Of a DNA stretch of 64,000 nucleotides, positions 1-9,505 are shown in pieces. The number at the start of each line of letters is the position of its first letter. Positions within the stretch are counted from its first letter, which is position 1. The DNA is from Scyliorhinus canicula (lineage: Eukaryota): contig NC_052147.1 of assembly GCF_902713615.1 (NCBI RefSeq), positions 166,636,410 to 166,700,409 on the forward strand, read 5' to 3'. The translations under genes were made by a program, and so were the position numbers. The notes under the pieces are model-generated. The model was not told the DNA's origin. It made no database searches and worked only from the letters and a program-made list of their open reading frames with translations.

Positions 1-293
1 CCAGGTTCCATTCCTCGCTTGCGTCACTGTCTGTGCGGAGTCTGCACGTTCTCCCCGTGTGTGCGTGGGTTTCCTCCGGGTGCTCAGGTTTCCTCTCACA
101 GTCCAAAGATGTGCAGGCTAGGTGGATTGGCCATGCTAAATTGCTCTTAGTGTCCGATAAGGTGAGGTAGGGTTACTGGGTTACTGGGTTACGGGGATAG
201 GGTGGAGGTGTGGACTTAAGTGGGGTGCTCTTTCCAAGAGCTGGTGCAGACTCGATGGGCCAAATGGTCTCCTTCTGCACTGTAAGTTCTATG
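1..293 (+). mobile_element. tRNA-derived HE1/V-SINE-like SINE (5' end outside the window)
   Basis: V-domain CTGTGCGGAGTCTGCACGTTCTCCCCGTGTGTGCGTGGGTTTCCTCCGGGTGCTC; CR1-like tail GATGGGCCAAATGGTCTCCTTCTGCACTG...TTCTATG. Confidence 0.85.
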
Positions 294-949
294 ACATCAG
301 ACATCAACCAACATAATTTCATGGAACCATTAAACAATTCCAGCTCTTGAACCAGCAAGTCATGTTATGAGCGCGTTCACCCTTCAAGAGCAACACTCCA
401 AGTTCCTCTTTGCTTCATTTTTCACTACTGCTCCAATCGTCCAATTCCCTTGGAAAATCTCAGAGTGGAGCATTCCAGATCATTTATTCTTAATGCCCTT
501 GTTTAGAAAAGCCTCAGAACACAAACTGCTTTAGTCACCACCTACATAACCTGCCCTCCCACCTACAATGATGTGTGCCAATACACCACCGGGTACATCT
601 GCTCATGCAGATACCCCTGTGATTAGTATCCTATATTTTATGTGGCCTCTTTATATTCTTTTGACCAAAATCAATCGCTTCACACTGCTTTCGATTAATT
701 TTCATTGTGTTTGCCCATTCCAGCCTGCCTCGGGCCATTTGAAGTTGAACACTATGCTTCTCATAGTTCGGCACCATGGTCAAGCTCATTAACATATATT
801 AAGAATATCCAAAACTAAACATCGCAGCGAACACCGCTATATATCTTCCCACAGTGTTTCACAGAACTGTTCGCCAACACTCTGTCTCCTTCACCCATGG
901 GTTTCAAATTTGCTAAAAGTTTGGTTCTATATCAATGAAAATTATGAAC

Positions 950-1112
950 AATATAAGACCATAAGTATAGAAGCAGAGTTAGGCCACTCGGACCATCGGG
1001 TCATCTCTGCCATTCAATTATGGCTGATATTTTTCTCAGACCCATTCTCCTGCCTTCTCCCCATATCCCCTGATCCCCTTATTAATCAAGAGCCTATCTA
1101 TCCCTGTCTTAA
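950..1112 (-). mobile_element. CR1-type LINE 3' end fragment
   Basis: CATAAG.ATAG.AGCAGA.TTAGGCCA.TCGG.CCATCG...CCATTCAAT.ATGGCTGAT tail pattern. Confidence 0.6.
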
Positions 1113-1429
1113 AGATAAAATTGGAGATGGATTCTTAAAATATAACAATACTGGTTGGTGCACCTGTACATTGCCAGCTAAACTACTCCACCATCATTCA
1201 CATGCATCATCACATTGATGTCAACTTATGTGAAAATGGACAAAAACAGAGCAACAAATCCATTTACCGTTGTACTGTCACTGCTAGTAGTTACGCCAAG
1301 GAGCAAAAACACATTTTAGTTAATTTAGCAACCGAGCTACCTGGATATATGTTGGAAAGAAATTATTGAAAATTGATTTTGTAACCATTGCTGTTTGAAA
1401 ACAATTTGAATGTAGAAAAAACAATAGAC

Positions 1430-1670
1430 TCGCCCTCTTTGTTTTCACACGACAAATAAAATGAAACGAAAGCAAAGTGAAGAGAATCAGTGACATGTCA
1501 AGCAACATGTCAAGTGATGTGTTTTGTTCTCTTTTTGCTGATGCTCAGCATCAGATCATATGAATAACAAAGGAACAGAGTAGAGAGGTCATTTTGTACA
1601 GCGTATATATATCACACTGTAGAACGTGTTGCTATGTTAAAGCAGTTACTCATCTAACTGTGAGCTCAAA
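1430..1670 (+). promoter_or_regulatory. Proximal promoter/5'UTR of A1 (Sox sites, MARE-like palindrome, TATA)
   Basis: CTTTGTT ~1437-1443; TGACATGTCA 1491-1500; TGCTGA-TGC-TCAGCA 1536-1550; AACAAAG 1566-1572; TATATATA 1604-1611. Conserved in all 5 copies. Sox + Maf + TATA is the established gamma-crystallin promoter logic. Confidence 0.75.
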
Positions 1671-4645
1671 ATGGCAAAGGCAAGAATCATGCTGTTATCT
1701 CTACACTTTGTGCTTACTATCACTAGATTTTCAAGCTTATTAATTTATCTTCTTCGTAGCCTAGTTTGACAAGTTATTAATTTAAAAACCTGTGACTTTT
1801 TCCACAGATTATCTTTTACGAGGACAGGAACTTCCAGGGTCGGCACTATGAATGCAGTAATGACTGTGCTGACCTGTCCCCTTACTTCAGTCGCTGTAAC
1901 TCCATGCGAGTCATGAGTGACTGGTGGGTAATGTATGAGAGACCCAATTACATGGGATACCAGTATGCTCTGAGCAGGGGAGAATATCCTGACTACCAGC
2001 GCTGGATGGGATTCAATGACAGCATCGGGTCATGTCGCACCTACCCGTATGTAAGTTGGTTATTTACATATTCTGCTCAGATTGAGGTTGAGAAAATGTC
2101 CATTGAGCAAAGGATCAAAGGTTGGGGATGTTGCCCTCTTTTCCACACTTGATATTTGTAATAACAGTAATGATACACGGCTGAGTAATTAAAGGTAGAA
2201 ATTGGAAACCATTGTTCCTCGAATTTGGGTCAAGTAAATTTTCAGGCAGTGTTGTTGGCCACCTAAAATAGGATTAGATGATTTACAATGTAAATGAGAT
2301 GCCTAAAACCCAGCTTTAGTTGCCCTGAGAGCAATTTGATTGTGATGGATTAAAATGGCAGTGGAAAAAAATAAAAGCAAATTACTGAGAATGCTGCAAT
2401 CTGAAACAAAAGAGAAAATGCTGGAAAATCTCAGCAGGTCTGGCAGCATCTGTAGGGAGAGAAAAGAGCGAACGTTTCGAGTCCAGATGACCCTTTCTCA
2501 AATGGCTGTAGATTTCAGAGCAGAGACTACCGAGAAATTGTTTTGATGAAAAGTCTTCCTGTTGTCCTTAGGACAGTTAGGGTGCAGGTCATGTAATGTT
2601 CTTGTTGGCTGGCCTGATTTATTACAAAAACACTTGGGGTTAAAGTTATAAACGATTCATTAACTTTAACTGTGGGTAACCTATAGACAAGAGAACAGGT
2701 GAACAAAACAGTAAAATCACGCACAAGCAGCCTCTCTCTTTTGAGCAGCCAGTCTGAGGGGTGAGCTAACTTTAACATTCACCTACATACTAGTGAGACG
2801 CCGAGTGGTCAGTTGGTGAATTACAACACAGCCATGCTATCACTACAGGTCTGACTCCACAGTCATTGTTTTCACATTGGGTCGGATTGGATTGTTTTAT
2901 TGCCTTGTGTACTGAGGTACAGCGAAAAGTATTTTTCTGCGAGCAGCTCAACAGGTCATTAAGTACATGAAAAGAAAATAAAATAAAAAGAAAATACATA
3001 ATGGGGCAACACAAGATACAAAATGTAACCACATGAACACTGGCATCGGGTGAAGCATCGTGTGCAGTGTTAATCAGGTCAGTCCATAAGAGGGTCATTT
3101 AGGAGTCTGGTTATAGCAGGGAAGAAGCTGTTTTTGAGTCTGTTCGTGCATGTTCTCAGACTTTTGTATCTCCTGCCCGATGGAAGAAATTGGAAGAGTG
3201 AGTAAGCCGGGTGGGAGGGGTCTTTGATTTGCTGCCCGCTTTCCCCAGGCGGGGAGGTGTAGATGGTGTCAATGGATGGGAGGCAGGTTCATGTGATGGA
3301 CTGGGCTGTGATCACAACTCTCTGAAGTTTCTTGAGGTCTACGGCCAGGCAGTTACCATACCAAACTGTGATGCAACCAGATATTGCCAACTGTAAAGGT
3401 TGGTCAGAATTCATGTGGACATTCTTAATATCCCATCCTCACCAACCAGTTCATACCCCCATCCCTAGTGTTCCCTCTAATCCAGTCCTGTGCCCCTCAA
3501 AGTTGCAAACTGCATCTGGAGGGTATTTGTGCATCAACTGTCAATGAGTGTTGATGCTGAATAAGGACCTCAAGTTGGCACGTGGTTACCTCCAAGTCAG
3601 AGAACAAAAATGAGACCAGATCAGTTTCTACCTCATAAATACTGGCACTGAAAGACAATGGCCGGGATCATCTGCTCCCACTGAAAGTCAATGGAAGTTA
3701 GGGTGGCCTGCTACTGTTGGGCCAGAACATCCTGGCCTCTGTGTATTTGTCTGGGATTGGATAAAATATTTACAGTTTTTTTGCACAGAAATAGTTGGTC
3801 AGTTCGGAGCATATCCTTGTATACCTTTTATCCTCATGCACTTACCCAATTTCCCTTTAAATAGAAATTTTACATTTTTCATCATAATTCGTACGCTATA
3901 TTGCTTCTTTAAGTTAAATATTATATTCTGCTCAGCAGAAAGGTTGACAATCCCAAATCACCCACAAGATAATATGCTGAATACCTCCACCCCGCCGGCT
4001 GCAAGTCCTCGGGCGGGATTCTCCGGTCGTCAGGCGAACACGGCTGGAGAATCCCACCCATATTAATCTGAAGAAAAATAGTAAACCAGCTTAATGTACT
4101 GACATTAAGAAATCGCCTGACTGTACGGCACTGCTTAAATTTCCCGTGAACAATGTTTTCTTCAAAACAATATGAGATTGCATTAGTTTTGCACACTGGG
4201 AATCAGATGAGGATTTATTCCACAGATTCTACGTTATCTGGAATTATCCATAGATCCTGAATAATTGCATTCCTCAGCTGTTCCCTACTAACCAAACTGG
4301 TCCTTTTTTATATATTTCAGATGAATAATTGATTCTTTCCTCACAAATTTGTTTTTTTTTCTATTACAGTACCGAGGTGGAAACTACAGAATGAGGATTT
4401 ACGAGAGGCCTGACTTTGGAGGACAGATGATGGAATTCATGGATGACTGTCCATCTGTCTACGATCGTTTCCGTTACCGTGACATCCACTCCTGCCATGT
4501 GATGGACGGTTACTGGAACTTCTATGAACATCCCAACTACAGAGGCCGACAGTACTTCATGAGACCCGGTGAATACAAGAGATACAGTGACTGGGGCGGC
4601 TACAACTCAACTATCGGTTCTTTCAGACGCATGAGGGATTTCTAG
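1671..4645 (+). CDS. cryg: gamma-crystallin copy A1 (shark gamma-S1-like), 175 aa; exons 1671-1679, 1808-2050, 4370-4645
   Basis: Spliced ORF MAK|[35 protein letters not shown]...SCRTYPY|[18 protein letters not shown]...[10 protein letters not shown]. Four Greek-key motifs and the classic gamma-crystallin 9/243 nt phase-0 exon layout. Intron 1 GC-AG (1680-1807), intron 2 GT-AG (2051-4369). Kozak CTCAAAATGG; AATAAA 4695-4700. Symbol is family-level only. Confidence 0.95.
2366..2502 (-). mobile_element. Penelope-like element terminal fragment in A intron 2 (copies 27600-27737, 55711-55847)
   Basis: On -: (T)TGA(C/G)AAAGGGTCATCTGGACTCGAAACGTT...CAGATGCTGCCAGACCTGCTGAG...TCCAGCA; a hammerhead-like core typical of PLE terminal repeats. 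Confidence 0.6.
2878..3381 (-). mobile_element. Rex1/Babar-like LINE 3' fragment in A intron 2 (copies 28112-28609, 56223-56725)
   Basis: - strand reads [10 protein letters not shown]...KKLQRVV.TAQSI...[31 protein letters not shown], followed by a 3'UTR and a short-repeat tail. Confidence 0.75.
3975..4059. mobile_element. Short internally deleted MITE in A intron 2 (another at 3660-3737)
   Basis: GGGCGGGATTCTCC...GGAGAATCCCACCC, matching the right half of the 126-bp MITE; copies in A2 and A3. Confidence 0.6.
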
Positions 4646-4694
4646 ATTGTTCTTGACATATATGGATTAGATTTTCCAACATATGTATCAGCAG

Positions 4695-4700
4695 AATAAA
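4695..4700 (+). terminator. Polyadenylation signal of A1 (equivalents at 20027, 30174, 46339, 58042)
   Basis: AATAAA ~50 nt after the stop codon in all five genes, followed by a T/GT-rich downstream element. Confidence 0.8.
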
Positions 4701-4796
4701 ACGACGTAACTTAACTGCCTTTTCTCTCAAAAGATTTGTTTTTGGATTGTCTCTCCTGTTCAAATATTGAGTGGAAAGAAATAGCTGAGACAAAGA

Positions 4797-5798
4797 GGAC
4801 GCGATTCTCCCAAAAAATCCCCAAGTTACCTTATGGGGGTTTCAGGGAGTTTCCTGCTGGCTCTGCAGGCGAGTTTCTCACGGCTATTCAATGGCACTTC
4901 GATTTTCTTAAGCCCACACTTAGATTTTCTTTAGAACTGGGAAGCTGAACTCAGAGATTGGGCAGCCATTGTGAAAGGGTGCCTCAATCTCTAAGTGAGC
5001 TTGTGGGCCCCCCACACCCAGCACCATGGGCAATGTCACCTACATGGACACTACCCCACACCTCCCAAGTGAGCATACCATGCTATGGGATCCATGGAGG
5101 TCCCCGTTCTTCAGGCCCCACCCAAACCCCCTTACAGCATTCCCTTCCTTCCAAGACCCCTACCCATCACCCCTCCAACCTCTGTGGCCCCTACTTACCT
5201 ACCTTGCAGTCTGCCACCCTTCAAACTCCCTCTCCACCCTCATTTAAAGAGCATGGACCACTCACCGCCTGGTCCTTGCAGTGCCAACCTGGCACTCGGG
5301 CACTCTAGCACTGCCACCTTGGCACTCAGGCAGTGCTCTTGCTGGCTTGGCAGTGCCGTCCAGGTACCTTGGCAGTGCCACGGTGCCAGCTGGACAGTGC
5401 CAAGGTACCAACGTTCCAGGGTGAAGGCCAGGGAGCCACCCTGCACTTACACTGACTTCCCAGGGGTCTCCGATGTCCCCGAGACCTCCCGGGTATCGTT
5501 CTGCCTGGTTTGCATTTGTGCAGACCAGCATTGATCGGCTTCCCTGTGGTGGCCGGAGAATCGAGGGAGGCTGTTGGATCCTGGGTGAGTAGGTCATAAG
5601 TAGGTTTATAACCTACTTCCGGGAGCGGCATTCGGTCACGCCCATTTGGGGCGGGGTTCCAACTCCAACATCTCGCTGGACTTTGGAGAATCTCGAGAGG
5701 CGAGGAGCCTGTTGGGAGGCCAACTTTAAGCCTCCCCCGGGATTCTCAGGCCACGTTGTGTTCTCGCTTGAGCACAAAGTGGCTGGGGAATGACGGCC
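4797..5798. mobile_element. Non-autonomous Harbinger-type MITE (~1 kb) 3' of A genes
   Basis: TIR GGACGCGATTCTCC / GGGGAATGACGGCC; central GGCACT/AGTGCC quasi-palindromic repeats; 3-bp flanks AGA/ATA. Confidence 0.7.
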
Positions 5799-6404
5799 AT
5801 ATTTTCATTATGTTCAAGATGATTAAGGCTAATTTAAGGCAAATGTGTGATGATCTTCCCATCATTCCCATTGAAGTTGAGAATTCACACAAATTATTTC
5901 CTGGACAATGACCATTCGATGAATCAATTTAATGGTATTACAATTAAAATTTGATTCCTTTCTCTATAAGTAGCCAAAGGTTCAGTTCCAGATCATTTTG
6001 GAGTCTAATGCATGGAAGTCAGACGCATTAATAGTTAAATAAATAACAGCCGATGGCTGAGCCCTTCTGGGTTTGTTTTTAATCACAATGTTAATGGCGA
6101 AAGCAGTGAGAACTTTGTGCTTTGCATTAACGCATAAAACATTAACTGAAGTAAGTTGCCATGAATGGTAAAATCTCAGTTCATCTGGGTTCACACACAT
6201 CTGACTCTTTCTTTGCATCAACATTCTCACCAGAACGTCCCAGTCCCAGAGCTTTTCTGCTTTTGACCACTTTGTTACAACTCATTTCTAGAAACTCTTC
6301 CCTGACCCACCCTCAACTCGTTAAAGGGGATATTTATTTTAAATGAATAAAGCAAAGGAACTGGAGCAAAAAAAGATTTCTTCACAACAGGCATTGATCT
6401 TGTA

Positions 6405-6735
6405 TCATAGAACATAGAACAGTACAGCACAGAACAGGCCCTTCGGCCCTCGATGTTGTGCCGAGCAATGATCACCCTACTTAAACCCACATACCCGTAA
6501 CCCAACAATCCCCCCATTAACCTTACACTACGGGCAATTTAGCATGGCCAATCCACCAAACCCGCACATCTTTGGACTGTGGGAGGAAACCGGAGCACCC
6601 GGAGGAAACCCACGCACACACGGGGAGGACGTGCAGACTCCACACAGACAGTGACCCAGCCGGGAATCGAACCTGGGACCTGGGACCCTGGAGCTGTGAA
6701 GCATTGATGCTAACCACCATGCTACCGTGAGGCCG
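6405..6735 (-). mobile_element. HE1/V-SINE-like SINE (unit 1 only)
   Basis: On -: tRNA-like head with A/B boxes, V domain, (TGTTCTA)n tail. Confidence 0.85.
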
Positions 6736-6744
6736 TAAAATCCA

Positions 6745-6843
6745 CAATCTGCCGTGGTCGGATTTGAACCCACATCCTGAGAGCATTGCCCTGGTTCTCT
6801 GGATTACCAGTCCAATGACAATACCACTACGCCAATGCCTCCC
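6745..6843 (-). mobile_element. tRNA-like head of an older SINE (unit 1 only)
   Basis: On -: GGCGTAGTGGTATTGTC...GGGTTCAAATCC (A and B boxes). Confidence 0.6.
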
Positions 6844-7239
6844 TGCCAATCATTCTTCCATTCGTGCAAAATACATCAGCTGTGATTCCTGCCCGAACTG
6901 TGATTTAAATAAATTGTTTTCTGAAATATTTATTTTCTTTTCCTCACCACCACTGACACAGTCGGAGCTATATATTTCTCTTTAAACATTTCAGACTGAC
7001 CTTGACATAAACAAAGCAGCTTGCTAAATATCTCCAATAAAGTGACTGGCATCAAAAAACCTTGAATGACAACAAATTTTCTATATCTGCCAATCAAGCA
7101 TCGACTTAACTATTTACCACAAGATGTTTGTCTTTCTCAGTATCGTTGATTCAGAGAAGATTCAACATGCTCCATTCAGCATTTTAAATGAGCTGAGCAT
7201 TTCAGCCTCAGCCACCAACTTAGGCGGTGAATCCCAGAT

Positions 7240-7760
7240 GCCCTTTGAGTGAACAGGTTTTCCTCTTTTCCCCATAATCCTTCTGCCAATCATATGAAAT
7301 CTATGCCCTGGGAACTGACCCCTCAGCTAGGGGAAACAAGTCTTTCCTCTCTATCCTGGCTTGGCCCCTCATAATTTTGTAAACCTCAATCAGGTCGCCC
7401 CTTAGCCCCTTAGTTCAACGGTAAACAACCCTAGACTGCTTCTATCATTTACTCAGGTAGTGTGTTCCAGATCATGACAATTTTCAGCGTAAAAAACAAT
7501 TCTCCGTATCTCCCCTCTGGTTCTGTAGCCAATCACTTCAAATCTGTGTCCACAAACCTTTGCTGTAGTGGAACCAATTAGACTTTATTTACTACGTTGC
7601 AAAGCTTCATTATTTTGAACATGTACACTACATCGCCTCTGAATTTCTCTGCTTTAAGGAGAACCAATCCCAGCGTTCTAATGTCTCTGTGTAATTGAAA
7701 TCTCATATCTCTGATACCATTCTGCTAATTATCTTCCCCACCTCTTCAAATACCGTTATT
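7240..7760 (-). mobile_element. CR1 LINE ORF2 C-terminal fragments (copies ~32150-32640, ~60060-60570)
   Basis: ORF 32214-32426 GLFTIEQMRLMGDLIEVYKIMRGQDR...LFPLAEGS is a CR1 C-terminal motif. Also WQMKFSAERCVVIH at ~10865-10910. Confidence 0.75.
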
Positions 7761-8152
7761 GAGCGCATGTCGTTTTATTGTAAATGTGCTTGGCAGAGTA
7801 AGGGTTAACATGAGACTGGAGATTGACACCACTCACTGTACGATGGATGGAGTTACATGGTAAGAGACTTTGAAAGAACATTCTGGAATCAGCCTGCTGG
7901 CCATGGCAGAAGCACCATGCAATTGCAGTAACCTAGGATCAGTAAATAGTAACATAAAAGACTGTTTATGTATGAAAATATAAGTCTTAAGTTCCTCATC
8001 ACTGAGCCATGGCATACAATATAGTATTACAACTTGGTTGGCAGCTGTGGAATGACTTACAACATGATGAAAAACAGTGATATAAAATGTGGCTTTGCAA
8101 ACCCAGAATAATATCCCCAAAAAACTGAAGCCAGACTAGAGTTTCATGCATG

Positions 8153-8463
8153 CGCGGCATTGTAGCACAGTGGTTAGCACTGTTGCTTCACACCGTCAGG
8201 GTCCAAGGTTCGGTTCCCCACTTGGGTCACTGTCTATGTGAAAACTGCACATTCTCCCTTGTGTGCGTGGGTTTCCTCCGGGTGCTCCGGTTTCCTCCCA
8301 CAAGTCCCAAAAGACGTGCTGTTAGGTAATTCGGACATTCTGAGTTCTCCCTCCATGTACCCATACAGGCGCCAGAGTGTGGTGACCAGGGGATTTTCGC
8401 AGTAACTTCATTGCAGTGTTAATGTTAGCCTACTAGTGACAATAAAGATTATTATTATTATTA
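8153..8463 (+). mobile_element. V-SINE-like SINE with (ATT)n tail (copies ~33035-33322, ~60961-61248)
   Basis: tRNA head TAGCACAGTGG...GGTTCGGTTCC, V domain, AATAAAGATTATTATTATTA. Units 2 and 3 share a ~22-bp internal deletion. Confidence 0.85.
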
Positions 8464-8543
8464 CGTAAGACAGAAAATTGAACAGACTGCTGAAGCATCT
8501 TCACTGTAGTCGTCAAAGTTGAGAAATCAACCAGAGTGAGTGG

Positions 8544-9505
8544 TGTAGCCACCTAAGATGGACACTGGGCTAACAAGATGGAGAACTGCTAAGACTGCAG
8601 GGAAAAGCATTTTAGCCAAGGCAAGCAGTCTGCAAAGACTGATTAGCATTTTGCAAGCAGCAAAACTAGTTTCTGGCCAGGTGGAAGATCTCAAACCAAA
8701 GGTGTTAATAGCAAAACGCTTTGCATATTAATGAGGCAATCCAGATCTGGGCACACACAATGGCAACATTTGGGTTTTGAATAGATACTTTAAGTGGATG
8801 TCCAGACAGAGCGGCACCAGAAGTATCCACCATAGAGACCGCCCCCTCCATCGAGGAGAGACCCTCACATTGGGTGAATTCCAAAGATATCGATTAGGAT
8901 CTGATCCAATCGATACCTGAAGGTGAAAGCCCGCCCCAAAAAAGGCACGGACATTGGGGCCCTATAAAGATAGACCCCCACACATGGTCCTGTCTGTTGT
9001 TTTCGTGCTCCGGCTTTGACTTCGACCCAGAACTTCGACTTGTATCCTGACTCCAGCTGTTGAGCACCAGCCGCCGAACCGTAAGTGACAATACGACGCT
9101 CGCTACGCGAACCAGCCCCACTAGACCCCCAGCGACCAGCACACTCTCTGAAGGTTGCAGACCAAGATCGGAACGAAGGCCTCGCTCCCTGACCTTGCCT
9201 GTTCCTGTTTAGTTAAGTATTCTGATCGCTTAGTTTAGTTGTAGCTTAGTCCCTTAGCGTGTGCATGAGTATTTATTATATTTGTAATAATAAATACTAA
9301 TCGTTTGGAACTTACTAATCGGTGTATCGTTTTATTACTTTGAACCTGACCTTGGAATATTTGTGAGGTGTTATACGACACCTGGCGACTCCCGAGCTGA
9401 AAATACACACACAGAGCCTAGCAGTGTTAAGCACACGGCCTTTAAACGGAGGCGTGTTAATACACTCCAATAAACGCGAATTACACTCAAGTAAAACGTG
9501 CAACA
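8544..9505 (+). mobile_element. Solo LTR family 1 (962 bp), unit-1-specific
   Basis: TGTAGC...GCAACA termini, TSD GTGG/GTGA, TATAAA 8963, AATAAA 9289. Empty site GAGTGAGTGGACGTCC in units 2 and 3. Confidence 0.9.

Noticed and set aside
1671-1769. Hydrophobic 32-aa peptide from retention of A intron 1 (signal-peptide-like)
   Set aside because: A by-product of T-rich intron sequence; it ends in a stop and is not conserved in B copies (13 aa).
5280-5410. CRISPR-like or regularly spaced repeat (GGCACT/AGTGCC units)
   Set aside because: Irregular quasi-palindromic MITE interior in eukaryotic DNA; no constant repeat-spacer period and no cas genes.
4958-5631. Cluster of Pro-rich ORFs repeated in all three units
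   Set aside because: They lie inside a MITE, their frames change between copies, and their recurrence is explained by the duplication.
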